Assembly: GCA_049274895.1 (NCBI GenBank)
Contig: JBASTM010000011.1
Span: forward strand, 2,011-66,010
From: Minisyncoccia bacterium
Lineage (GTDB): Bacteria > Patescibacteriota > Minisyncoccia > JACQLN01
Reading direction: 5' to 3'
Length of the DNA stretch: 64,000 nucleotides
Below the pieces are notes generated by a model that saw only the letters and a list, made by a program, of their open reading frames with translations, ran no database searches and was not told where the DNA came from. Shown here one piece after another: positions 1-8,538 of the stretch (its first letter is position 1; every line of letters starts with the position of its first letter). The translations under genes and the position numbers were made by a program.

Positions 1-1015
1 TCATAATCATCTGGGCCACCATCGGCGGCACGCTGGGGCTTGAAGCAAAAACGGAATTGATGGTGCTGCCGCGCCTGACCTCCTCGCGGGCTTTTAAGAT
101 TATGGCTTTGTAGACGGCATTGCCCACCACGTCGGCGGTTATGGTCAAAGACTGGATGATGGGAATGCCGCCTTTTATAAGCGTGCCCAAGTTTTCGGAA
201 AAGCGCGCCAAATATATCTTCTTAAAGATATTCCCAAAAATAGGCAGTTTGAGTTTTATTTTGTCCCAGTAATCCCGCCCGACTTGGGTTTTAAGGGCGT
301 ACACTCCGGAAAACGCGATGCCGCCCATAGCCAAAATTCCCAACCACCAGCTTCCCCTCAAAAAATCGCTTAGGGCTATGATCAATTTGGTCAGCACCGG
401 CAGTTCCTGGCCGGATTCTTCCAAAACGCTGGTCAGCTGGGGCACCACAAAAATCATCATCGCCGCGCCCACCGCCACCAAAGCCGAGATGATAAAAATG
501 GGATAGGTCAGAGCGCCTTTTACTTTTTTATTAAGATCGTAAGAACGCTCCTCGTGGTCGGCCAGATAGTTTAGAACTTCCTGCAGACGGCCCGAGGCCT
601 CGCCGGCCCGCACCACCGAAACATAAAAAAAAGAAAAAACTTTGTTAAACTTTTCCAAAGATTGGGACAGGGCCGTGCCGGAATCCACATCGCCGGCCAC
701 TTCCATAACTATTTTTTTTAAGGCCGGGGGCGATTGTTCGGCCAAGGTGCGCAAAGCCGCCACCAAAGGCACTTGGGCGTCAAACAGCACCGCCAGCTGT
801 CGAGAAAAGATAACAATATCCTGGCTTTTTACTTTATTGAAAAAAGGCAGCTCGCCGCCTAAACTTAAGGCAAAACCTTTTTTCCCTACGGCGATTTCCA
901 AAATCACCAGGCCGTAGCGATGCAAAGATTCCACCGCCGCATCTTGGTTGGGCGCTTCCACGGTTCCAGTTTGGATGGCACCTGCAGCGGTGCGGGCCTG
1001 GTAATTGAATTTCAT
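1..1015 (-). CDS. pilC: Type IV pilus assembly platform protein PilC (GspF family). The C-terminus runs off the window edge.
   Basis: Manual minus-strand translation from the ATG at 1015-1013 gives MKFNYQARTAAGAIQTGTVEAPNQDAAVESLHRYGLVILEI..., typical of the T2SS-F/PilC family. The frame is open to position 1. It lies 8 nt downstream of the pilT stop. Confidence 0.8.
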   Translation of the reverse strand, partial: MKFNYQARTAAGAIQTGTVEAPNQDAAVESLHRYGLVILEIAVGKKGFALSLGGELPFFNKVKSQDIVIFSRQLAVLFDAQVPLVAALRTLAEQSPPALKKIVMEVAGDVDSGTALSQSLEKFNKVFSFFYVSVVRAGEASGRLQEVLNYLADHEERSYDLNKKVKGALTYPIFIISALVAVGAAMMIFVVPQLTSVLEESGQELPVLTKLIIALSDFLRGSWWLGILAMGGIAFSGVYALKTQVGRDYWDKIKLKLPIFGNIFKKIYLARFSENLGTLIKGGIPIIQSLTITADVVGNAVYKAIILKAREEVRRGSTINSVFASSPSVPPMVAQMIM

Positions 1016-1023
1016 TGTTGCTT

Positions 1024-2106
1024 TTAGTGAGACAGTAATGACGACAACTCCGAAGGGTTAAGCGAATAGATCTCGGCGTTTTCCAGTGAGATCTGGCCTT
1101 GGCGGACCAGCTCCGAAAGCGATTTGTTTAAGGAAATCATACCCTTGTCGGTGCTGGTTTCTATGACCAGATCCAATTGGTGTATTTTGTTTTCCCGAAT
1201 AAGATTGCGGACGGCATAGTTGGCAATCAACACCTCCACGGCCGCCACCAAGCCGCCGTCTACCCGGGGCACCAAGCGCTGGGACACCACGCCCAAAAGG
1301 GCTCCGGCCAGTTGGAGGCGTATTTGAGATTGCTGCTCCGGCGGGAAGCTGTCGATGATGCGGTCTATGGTTTGGGCAGCGGAATTGGTGTGCAGGGTGG
1401 CAAAAATCAAATGCCCGGTTTCGGCCGCGGTGACGGCGGTGGAAATAGTTTCCAAATCGCGCATCTCGCCCAACATCACCACGTCGGCATCCTGCCTAAA
1501 GACCGATCGCAACGCTTTGCGGAAACTTAAAGTGTCGGAACCGACTTCGCGCTGTTCTATTATGGCCTTGTCCGGCACAAACAGATACTCAATCGGGTCT
1601 TCTATGGTAACAATGTGATCGCCGCGTTTATGGTTTATCTCATCCACCAGCGCCGCTAAAGTCGTGGACTTGCCGTGGCCGGTCGGCCCGGAAATTATGA
1701 CAAATCCTTGACTGGGCCGGGTAAACTCGCGTAAAACCTGCGGCAAGCCCAATTCTTCTAAAGTTCTGATTTTATGAGAAATAAGCCGCAAAGCGCCTGA
1801 AATATAACCCCGCTGAAGGTAGATATTGGTCCTAAAGCGGACCTTATCCTTAAAACTGAAAGCAAAATCAATTTCCTTGTTTTTTTGGAAAAACTCCTGC
1901 TTTTCGGTGTCCATCAGCGCCAAACACAAACCGGCCGATGATTCAGGCGTAATCATCGGCCGCTGGGTCAACTGGACCAGCTCACCGTCGATGCGCAAAG
2001 TGGGATGACGGCCCGGAGCGATATGCAAGTCGGAAGCCCCTTGTTCGGCGGCCAGCAGTAAAAGATCTTCTATTTCCCGCTGGTAATTGTTCATAAAAAG
2101 CGACAC
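1024..2106 (-). CDS. pilT: Twitching motility ATPase PilT (type IV pilus retraction ATPase)
   Basis: 360 aa with Walker A GPTGHGKST, a DPIEY motif, and Asp/His boxes of the PilT/GspE secretion ATPase family. Confidence 0.85.
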   Translation of the reverse strand: MSLFMNNYQREIEDLLLLAAEQGASDLHIAPGRHPTLRIDGELVQLTQRPMITPESSAGLCLALMDTEKQEFFQKNKEIDFAFSFKDKVRFRTNIYLQRGYISGALRLISHKIRTLEELGLPQVLREFTRPSQGFVIISGPTGHGKSTTLAALVDEINHKRGDHIVTIEDPIEYLFVPDKAIIEQREVGSDTLSFRKALRSVFRQDADVVMLGEMRDLETISTAVTAAETGHLIFATLHTNSAAQTIDRIIDSFPPEQQSQIRLQLAGALLGVVSQRLVPRVDGGLVAAVEVLIANYAVRNLIRENKIHQLDLVIETSTDKGMISLNKSLSELVRQGQISLENAEIYSLNPSELSSLLSH

Positions 2107-2180
2107 TAATTACTAATGACACACGAATTTACGAATGAATTTTATTCGCGTCATTCGAGTGCATTCGTATATTGGTGCCG
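2107..2180 (-). promoter_or_regulatory. Leader-A element (ATTCGTA/TACGAAT repeat array) upstream of pilT
   Basis: Minus strand reads ...attcattcgtaaattcgtgtgtcattag... followed by ATG. Confidence 0.6.
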
Positions 2181-2549
2181 CTACTTTAAAATTTCTTTAA
2201 CTTTGGCCACCACCTCCGTCGGCGTAAAATGGGCTTTGATAATGTAACTTTGCGCCCCCAGTTCTAAACCGCGCTTAACATCGCTGTCCAAACCGAGATT
2301 GGTCAATAAAATTACCGGAATTTTAGCCGTTTGGCCGTCGGATTTTAGGATTTTTAAAACCTCAAAACCGTCTTTTTTGGGCAGGACAATATCCAACAGC
2401 ACCAAATCCGGCATCAGCTCTTTAGCTTTAGCCAAGCCCATCTCGCCGTCCTGCGCCACCACCACGTCAAAACCCACCTCCTTAAACTTGGTGGAATACA
2501 TGTCCAGCAAAAACGGATCGTCCTCCACTAATAATATTTTGTAAGCCAT
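2181..2549 (-). CDS. Stand-alone response regulator receiver (REC, CheY-like) protein
   Basis: 122 aa (MAYKILLVEDDPFLLDMY...DLVLLDIVLPKKDGFEVL). The receiver domain carries a conserved Asp pocket. It sits between pilB and pilT. Confidence 0.8.
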   Translation of the reverse strand: MAYKILLVEDDPFLLDMYSTKFKEVGFDVVVAQDGEMGLAKAKELMPDLVLLDIVLPKKDGFEVLKILKSDGQTAKIPVILLTNLGLDSDVKRGLELGAQSYIIKAHFTPTEVVAKVKEILK

Positions 2550-2660
2550 GCCAATTTTATCTATGAGTGAAGCGAATAGCTATTAAATTGAGCATCCAGC
2601 ACCTTTTGGAAGTTAAATATTTTACCTTGAAAAGGTGCTGGATAAGGTTTGCCAGTTAAA
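2550..2660 (-). promoter_or_regulatory. Leader-B element (conserved roughly 100-nt 5' leader with hairpin) upstream of the REC gene
   Basis: Minus strand reads TCCAGCACCTTTT-loop-AAAAGGTGCTGGA ... ttcgcttcactcatagataaaattggc-ATG. Confidence 0.65.
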
Positions 2661-2696
2661 TTTTATTCGCTCCGCTCCAAAATTTAGGTCAAGCCC

Positions 2697-4430
2697 TTAT
2701 TCCTCCACTACCCTCAATACTTCTTCTATAGACACCAAGCCCACCAGCGCTTTCATTATACCATCCTGTTTCATAGTAATCATCCCCTGCCGCTGGGCTT
2801 CTGCGGCAATGGCAATTTCGGATATGGCCGAGCTTAAAATAATCTTTTCCAAACTGGGCGTCATTTCAAATATCTCAAAAATGCCCACTCGGCCTTTGGT
2901 GCCCTTAAAACCGCAAGCGGCGCAGCCCGGCGCCTCAAAAATCTGCCAGGGCTTTTTAAGACCGTATTTTTGCTGTTCGGATTCCGGCATATCTTTAAGA
3001 GCATCACTGACTATTTTTGAAAACTTGTCGGGCAGGGGCACTGGCTTGAAACATTCTTTGCACATTTTCTTTATCAATCTTTGAGCCATCCCGGCCACCA
3101 AAGTGGAAGGTATCAGGAAAGGATCTATATCCATATCCGCCAAGCGCGGAATAATGCCCAGGGAATCGTTGGTGTGCAATGTAGAAAAAACCAAATGCCC
3201 GGTCAGCGCGGCGTGGGTGGCCAGGCCCGCGGTTTCTTTGTCTCGGATTTCACCCACCATGATAATATTCGGGTCCTGGCGCAAAATACTGCGCAAGCCC
3301 GAAGCAAAAGTAAAGCCGATTTCCGGATGTATCTGGGATTGGTTTACGCCCGAAATGTAATATTCCAAAGGGTCTTCTAAAGTGATGATGTTGACGCCCT
3401 CTTTATTTAAAAAATTAAGCGTGGTGTAAAGCGTGGTAGATTTGCCCGAGCCGGTGGGGCCGGTGATCAGCACGATACCGTAAGGATTTTTTATGGATCT
3501 TTCATAGGTTTCCATATTTCTGCCTATTAAACCCAAATCAGCGAAGGTGCCCACGCCCACCGTGGGATCCAAAATTCTCAAGGCAATCTTTTCGCCAAAG
3601 GCGGTCGGCAGGGTTGACACCCTAAAATCAATTTTGCCGGAGCCGATCTTGGTGCTAAACCGGCCGTCTTGGGGCATGCGCGTCTCGTCAATTTTAAGAT
3701 TAGAAAGGACTTTGATGCGGCTGATGATGGCGTTATGCGCCTCGCGCGGCAGAATGATGGAAGAATGCAGAGTGCCGTCTAATCTAAACCGGACGCGGGT
3801 TTCGTTTTCCAAAGGCTCAATATGGATATCGGAGGCCTTGCCTTCCACGGCGTGGCGCAGAATGACCGCCACCACCTTGGTAATGGGCGCTTCGGCGGTT
3901 ATCTGTTCGACTTTCTCTGTGCGAGACTCGGCCACCGGCCCAACCTCCGAAACAAATTCCTGCTCCAATTCCTCCAAAGCACTGGTAACCTCCCGCCCCA
4001 AGTTGCGGTACTGCCGGGCCACAGCGTCAAAATCAGTGGCCGAGATAATATTGATTTTAGGTACAAAATTATTCTTAATGGCAATAAATTTAAGCGCTTC
4101 ACTGGCCTCAACATCTTCAGGGTTGACCATACCAATGGTAAGTTCATTGCTATTTTTTTCCACCGGCAGGATTTTGTAGTGTAAAACCGCATCCTCCGGA
4201 ATTTCCTGAAGCACCTCGGCCGGTATATTTTTATCAGCTAGATCAAGATAGGGCAGGCCCAAAATGGCGCTCTTGGCGCGCAAGATATCCAAAGGGTTCA
4301 CCCAATTGCGCTTTACCAATTCTGTCTCCAGGCCCGCCGCGTCGGCCGAAACCTGGAGAGACAGACTTTTGATCTGGCTTTCCTTCAACAAACCATTGTC
4401 TATTAAGTAAGCGAGTAATTTTTCTACCAT
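2697..4430 (-). CDS. pilB: Type IV pilus assembly ATPase PilB (GspE family)
   Basis: 577 aa with Walker A GPTGSGKSTT and an N-terminal GspE N-domain. A tetracysteine Zn motif (CKECF...CAACGF) is present. Confidence 0.9.
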   Translation of the reverse strand: MVEKLLAYLIDNGLLKESQIKSLSLQVSADAAGLETELVKRNWVNPLDILRAKSAILGLPYLDLADKNIPAEVLQEIPEDAVLHYKILPVEKNSNELTIGMVNPEDVEASEALKFIAIKNNFVPKINIISATDFDAVARQYRNLGREVTSALEELEQEFVSEVGPVAESRTEKVEQITAEAPITKVVAVILRHAVEGKASDIHIEPLENETRVRFRLDGTLHSSIILPREAHNAIISRIKVLSNLKIDETRMPQDGRFSTKIGSGKIDFRVSTLPTAFGEKIALRILDPTVGVGTFADLGLIGRNMETYERSIKNPYGIVLITGPTGSGKSTTLYTTLNFLNKEGVNIITLEDPLEYYISGVNQSQIHPEIGFTFASGLRSILRQDPNIIMVGEIRDKETAGLATHAALTGHLVFSTLHTNDSLGIIPRLADMDIDPFLIPSTLVAGMAQRLIKKMCKECFKPVPLPDKFSKIVSDALKDMPESEQQKYGLKKPWQIFEAPGCAACGFKGTKGRVGIFEIFEMTPSLEKIILSSAISEIAIAAEAQRQGMITMKQDGIMKALVGLVSIEEVLRVVEE

Positions 4431-4540
4431 GCCAATTTTATCTATGAGCGAAGCGAATAGCTATTAAATTGAGCACCCAGCACCTTTTCAAGGTAAAGAT
4501 ATTTATACATCTAAAAGGTGCTGGGTAAGGTTTGGCCGCC
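4431..4540 (-). promoter_or_regulatory. Leader-B element upstream of pilB
   Basis: The stem changes to CCCAGCACCTTTT / AAAAGGTGCTGGG. This is a compensatory T-A to C-G change relative to the copy at 2550. Confidence 0.65.
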
Positions 4541-4546
4541 AAGCGC

Positions 4547-4834
4547 TTAATCCGAAAAAGGATTATTTTTGCCGGTGGTCTCGGTTTTTAGGGGCAGGCC
4601 CGGCGGGGGCAGCAGATCTCTAAAACGCTCGTCTTCCAAAATTTTTACCTTGAGATCGGAGATTTGATTGTTGCTGGCCGTTGTTGGGTTCGCCGGCGGC
4701 AAGGCGGTGCTGGGCAGGGCGCTTTTCTTAAAAATACCAAAATAGACAATAGCCGCGCTGGTTAAAACCAGCACAATAAACACTGTTAAAAACAACCGCT
4801 TACGTTTGATTTCTTTGGTAGCTACGACAGGCAT
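4547..4834 (-). CDS. Small Pro-rich membrane-anchored protein (possible PilP-like pilus assembly component)
   Basis: 95 aa with an N-terminal TM helix. It is embedded in the pilMNO-pilB gene string. A leader-A element sits directly upstream. Confidence 0.4.
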   Translation of the reverse strand: MPVVATKEIKRKRLFLTVFIVLVLTSAAIVYFGIFKKSALPSTALPPANPTTASNNQISDLKVKILEDERFRDLLPPPGLPLKTETTGKNNPFSD

Positions 4835-4920
4835 GCTTTTACGAAATACGAATACTTACGAATTTACGAATGGGATTGGAATTTTATTAGTATATTCGTA
4901 TCCATTCGTAATTCGTAAAT
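4835..4920 (-). promoter_or_regulatory. Leader-A element (4x ATTCGTA array forming a long imperfect palindrome) upstream of the 4834 gene
   Basis: Minus strand reads ...cattcgtaaattcgtaagtattcgtatttcgtaaaag-ATG. Confidence 0.65.
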
Positions 4921-5520
4921 CTACTTTTTAAGTACATACGTTTTCATACTAACACTGTAATCAATGATCGGGTCCACATCGACAACCAATTCGCCTTCGG
5001 ATGTTTTCTTTTGGGCCACCGCAAAAGAAATCTTGGTAACATCCAGCAGACGCAAACTTTTTTCCACCGCGCCCAGCCAATTCTTAAAAGAGCCGTAATT
5101 GCCGGAGGCGCTAACTCCCACCGTCAAGGTTTTTATCATTTCTTTGCTGGCGGCAACAACAGCTCGCGAATTGGGAGTCCGGGCGCTGGTATCCTCCGGA
5201 GCTGACTCCACAATAACCCTCACCAAATTCAAACCGTTTTGAGCCGCCAGATTTTCCATAATACTGATCATCTCCGGCTTAAACTCTAAAGATGGCACCG
5301 CCTGCTCCAACCTTTCCACGTTGCTTTTTTGTGAATCCAAAACCTGATTGACGGCATTGAGCTTGTCTATAACCTGGCGTTCCAATTCTATGGATTTTTT
5401 CTTTAAGGCCGCCTCTTGCCTTAGCGCCGCCACACCCGACCAGCTGGGGAGTACCACCAGCCAGACCAGCGCCACCAAGCCGGCCGCCACTAAAATATTT
5501 ATGATGAACTTGCTCGACAT
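4921..5520 (-). CDS. pilO: PilO-like pilus assembly protein
   Basis: 199 aa with an N-terminal TM helix and a coiled coil. It lies immediately downstream of the pilN-like gene. Confidence 0.55.
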   Translation of the reverse strand: MSSKFIINILVAAGLVALVWLVVLPSWSGVAALRQEAALKKKSIELERQVIDKLNAVNQVLDSQKSNVERLEQAVPSLEFKPEMISIMENLAAQNGLNLVRVIVESAPEDTSARTPNSRAVVAASKEMIKTLTVGVSASGNYGSFKNWLGAVEKSLRLLDVTKISFAVAQKKTSEGELVVDVDPIIDYSVSMKTYVLKK

Positions 5521-6092
5521 TATTTTTTTGTAATAAAATCCTTGGAAAAATTAACAACTAAGGTAAAATCCACCCGCCCATCTTCGGCTAAGTTGATATT
5601 GGAAGCCGCAACTGAAACCACTTGGGGCGTATCTTCGAATATTTTTATCTGCTGGGCCAAAACCCCATAGCTGGGAGAGCGGCCCGTCAGTAAAAAAGAG
5701 GCATCAGTATCATCGCCATCAAAACTCTTGAACGCGACCGTATTCAAAGTTTTTTCTCCCAACATCTTAAAAACCTGCGACCAGTAGCGGTGGTTATCCA
5801 AGATATTCTTAAAAACTTCCAGAACATTATTAAGATTATTAAGCCGCGTCTCCAAACTCATATCTCTCTGGCTGGTCAGACGCTGAAGCTCGGTATTAAA
5901 AGAGGCCACCTCGCTGTTCAAACGATATTTCCAAAAGTAAAGCCCGGCTGTTACCGCCAACGCTACGGCGATAAGCGCCAAACCCAGCTTGGCCGTGGCG
6001 CTTAACTCCAGCGAGGGGCTCCGGAAAGTGACAAAGCGCGGCAAGCCCCGGCTGTTTTTTTCTTTTTTGGGTATTAAAGAGATGTTATCCAT
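5520..6092 (-). CDS. pilN: PilN-like pilus assembly protein
   Basis: 190 aa with a single TM (LGLALIAVALAVTAGLYFW) followed by a coiled coil. It follows pilM. Confidence 0.55.
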   Translation of the reverse strand: MDNISLIPKKEKNSRGLPRFVTFRSPSLELSATAKLGLALIAVALAVTAGLYFWKYRLNSEVASFNTELQRLTSQRDMSLETRLNNLNNVLEVFKNILDNHRYWSQVFKMLGEKTLNTVAFKSFDGDDTDASFLLTGRSPSYGVLAQQIKIFEDTPQVVSVAASNINLAEDGRVDFTLVVNFSKDFITKK

Positions 6093-6158
6093 GCCAATTT
6101 TGTCTATGAGCGAAGCCGAGCTCAGCTCGGCGAAGCGATAGATTCTTAGACAAAGCCC
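6093..6158 (-). promoter_or_regulatory. Leader-B-related element (start-proximal half only) upstream of the pilN-like gene
   Basis: Minus strand reads ...gcttcgctcatagacaaaattggc-ATG. Confidence 0.5.
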
Positions 6159-7250
6159 TTACAGTTCCCTCATGGCCAAACCCACCGCCACCGCCAAACT
6201 GGGCGAAAGTTCCCGCCGGAAAATCTGTTCTAAAGCCGGATCAAATTTTACCCGGCCTAGGGAACTGCCGATAATAATTTCCACCCCCAAGCGGCGGCTA
6301 AGATATTCCGTCAGGCCGGGCAGATTGGCCGCGCCGCCGGTTAGGATAATTTTCTCCACCCGTTTTGATGTTTTTTTATTCAACAAGCTTTCCATTCTTT
6401 CCACTTCACTCACCAACTTATCGATAAAGGGTGCGATGACTTGAGCCAATCCTTTTTCCGCCGAAGCGTCCGATACCCCGGCTGTTTTTTTTAACTCTTC
6501 GGCTCGGCTCGGCGCCACATTCAAACTGTGCCCCACCACTTTGGTTATTTCTTTACCCGACATATCGGCGCTGTGGCTCATCAAAATAAAACCGTGGCTG
6601 ATGATGGTCAGATTGGTGCTGCGAGCCCCCATATCTACAATCATTATGGTCCCTTGATCGGGACCCACCAGTGACCGGGCTAAGCTAAAACTTTCCGATT
6701 CCAAGGCCGCTAATTCCAAATTGGCGGCTTTGGCAATCCTTTGGTACTTAGACACCACCTCTTTGGGCACGGCTATTAGGAGTATAGTCACCTTGCCTTT
6801 ACCTGTTGGGGTTGGGGCAGTTGAGGCTACCAAGCCCTCTTCCGGAATGATCAGCCAATCCAGAACCACCTCGGACAGCGGCACGGGAATATAAGAACGA
6901 GCCTCAAAAGGCACGGCGCTTTCTAATTCCTTGGCGCTCAAGCCGGGTAATTCCATTACCGTGAGGAAACTGGAAAATATGGGGATGGACATTACCGCCG
7001 AACGAGCCTTGACCCGCGCCGAAGCCAAAAGATGTTTCAAGACGCTGGCCACATCGTTTTCGGATATCTTGATTCCCAGAGGCGCATTGGGGCTGCCCAA
7101 TATTTCTCCAAAAAAATCCGAGCCGTCTATCAAGCCGTAATTCGCTAATTTTAAATGTTCACCTTCCCGTTCCAGCTCCACTATCTTTACCGAAGATGTG
7201 CCAACATCAACTCCAAGCTGACGCCGGGTTTTTCGACTAAATGGCCACAT
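6159..7250 (-). CDS. pilM: Type IV pilus assembly protein PilM (actin-like ATPase)
   Basis: 363 aa (MWPFSRKTRRQLGVDVGTSSVKIVELE...). FtsA/PilM actin-fold motifs are present. Confidence 0.8.
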   Translation of the reverse strand: MWPFSRKTRRQLGVDVGTSSVKIVELEREGEHLKLANYGLIDGSDFFGEILGSPNAPLGIKISENDVASVLKHLLASARVKARSAVMSIPIFSSFLTVMELPGLSAKELESAVPFEARSYIPVPLSEVVLDWLIIPEEGLVASTAPTPTGKGKVTILLIAVPKEVVSKYQRIAKAANLELAALESESFSLARSLVGPDQGTIMIVDMGARSTNLTIISHGFILMSHSADMSGKEITKVVGHSLNVAPSRAEELKKTAGVSDASAEKGLAQVIAPFIDKLVSEVERMESLLNKKTSKRVEKIILTGGAANLPGLTEYLSRRLGVEIIIGSSLGRVKFDPALEQIFRRELSPSLAVAVGLAMREL

Positions 7251-7356
7251 AATTATGTTGTGTCTACCCTTAAATTATATCACGATTCCGCTCAAAAATT
7301 CAGATAAAACGGTTATCCACACGCGTTTTTAATTTGAGATTTATTGGGTTATTCTG

Positions 7357-8034
7357 ATGTTGATGATCCTAGTAAAATATATAGAACAGACGCTACTGCC
7401 TTCGTATTGCCTCAATTGCAGGCAGGACACGCCGGAAGAGCCCAAAAGTTTGCGTTGGCTGTGTTTGAACTGCCATTTGTTATTGTTACCTCGTTGGCAA
7501 AAATCGCCCTTAAAACCGGAACTGGAGGAATCTTTTTACATCTTTGACTACCAAAAAGATAAATTGGCCAAAAAACTCATCCACGCCCTAAAATACAATT
7601 GGGTTAAAGAGATAGCCGAGACTTTTAAGGTGGCCTTAGAACAGGAACGCTCCAATATTAAAAAAATGGTTTTTGATTTTATCATCCCGGTGCCTTTGCA
7701 TCCCCGGCGGCTAAGAGAACGCGGTTTTAATCAGAGCGAGCTTATCGCCGAAAAAGTAGCCGAGCTGACCGCCAAGCCGATTATTGAAAATATAATAAAA
7801 AGAAAAACTTACCGCCGGCCGCAGATGGAAATAAAAAACAGGGCAGCGCGGATAAAGAATGCCCAGAACATTTTTGAGCTTGTGCAAAATGTGCAAAATC
7901 GGATTTTGCACCATAAGACTGTTTTAATTGTGGACGATGTGGCCACCACCGGCGCCACCTTAAAAGAATGCGCCCGAGTTTTGAAAAACTCGGGCGCGAG
8001 CAAGGTACTGTCGTTCACCCTGGCACAAGATTGA
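7357..8034 (+). CDS. comFC: ComF family competence protein (ComFC, phosphoribosyltransferase domain)
   Basis: 225 aa with an N-terminal 4-Cys motif (CLNCRQ...CLNCH). The C-terminal PRTase motif is VLIVDDVATTGATL. It is divergent from pilM. Confidence 0.8.
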   Translation: MLMILVKYIEQTLLPSYCLNCRQDTPEEPKSLRWLCLNCHLLLLPRWQKSPLKPELEESFYIFDYQKDKLAKKLIHALKYNWVKEIAETFKVALEQERSNIKKMVFDFIIPVPLHPRRLRERGFNQSELIAEKVAELTAKPIIENIIKRKTYRRPQMEIKNRAARIKNAQNIFELVQNVQNRILHHKTVLIVDDVATTGATLKECARVLKNSGASKVLSFTLAQD

Positions 8035-8035
8035 T

Positions 8036-8344
8036 CTAAAGATGAACTGATTTTTTTCTCCAACCGTTCTCTGCCGTTATTAGATCGGCCATTAACATAG
8101 GAAGCTCATCAAACTCTATATAAACTGCCAACAGTTTATCTCTAAAGAAATAGTAGACATCTACTACTACAAAATTGAGCGCACTTTTCTCACCTTTTGA
8201 GGTCATGAAATCTATAAAAAGTCTTAAACCTATAAATACCGTCGGGAGATATACTGTCTTATAGGCAAAATCACCCCATCCTTTGCCCTCCAATGATTCA
8301 TATTCTTCATACTGATCTATATCTAAAGCCAATTCAACTTCCAT
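8036..8344 (-). CDS. Hypothetical protein
   Basis: 102-aa ORF in an AT-rich segment. It has an acidic N-terminus and a central hydrophobic stretch. No recognisable family. Confidence 0.3.
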   Translation of the reverse strand: MEVELALDIDQYEEYESLEGKGWGDFAYKTVYLPTVFIGLRLFIDFMTSKGEKSALNFVVVDVYYFFRDKLLAVYIEFDELPMLMADLITAENGWRKKSVHL

Positions 8345-8538
8345 GGACGCAACCTCCTCTTCTAAGATTTATTAAAAAACTATCCTCTGCCGTACCCCAA
8401 CAAACTACCATTCCATGCCTAATTAGTCAAATCCATTTAGCACGAGCTCACGATCGTATTCTCGTGCTAAATACGGTTTGTACTTATTAAATTTAATGAA
8501 TCCAATGAAATTGATCTAATAGATCTATCTCATAAGAC

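Noticed and set aside
1177-1618. Plus-strand ORFs (117 aa, 87 aa) inside pilT
   Set aside because: They are antisense to a well-supported pilT CDS. They are low-complexity and Gly/Arg/His-rich, typical of shadow ORFs.
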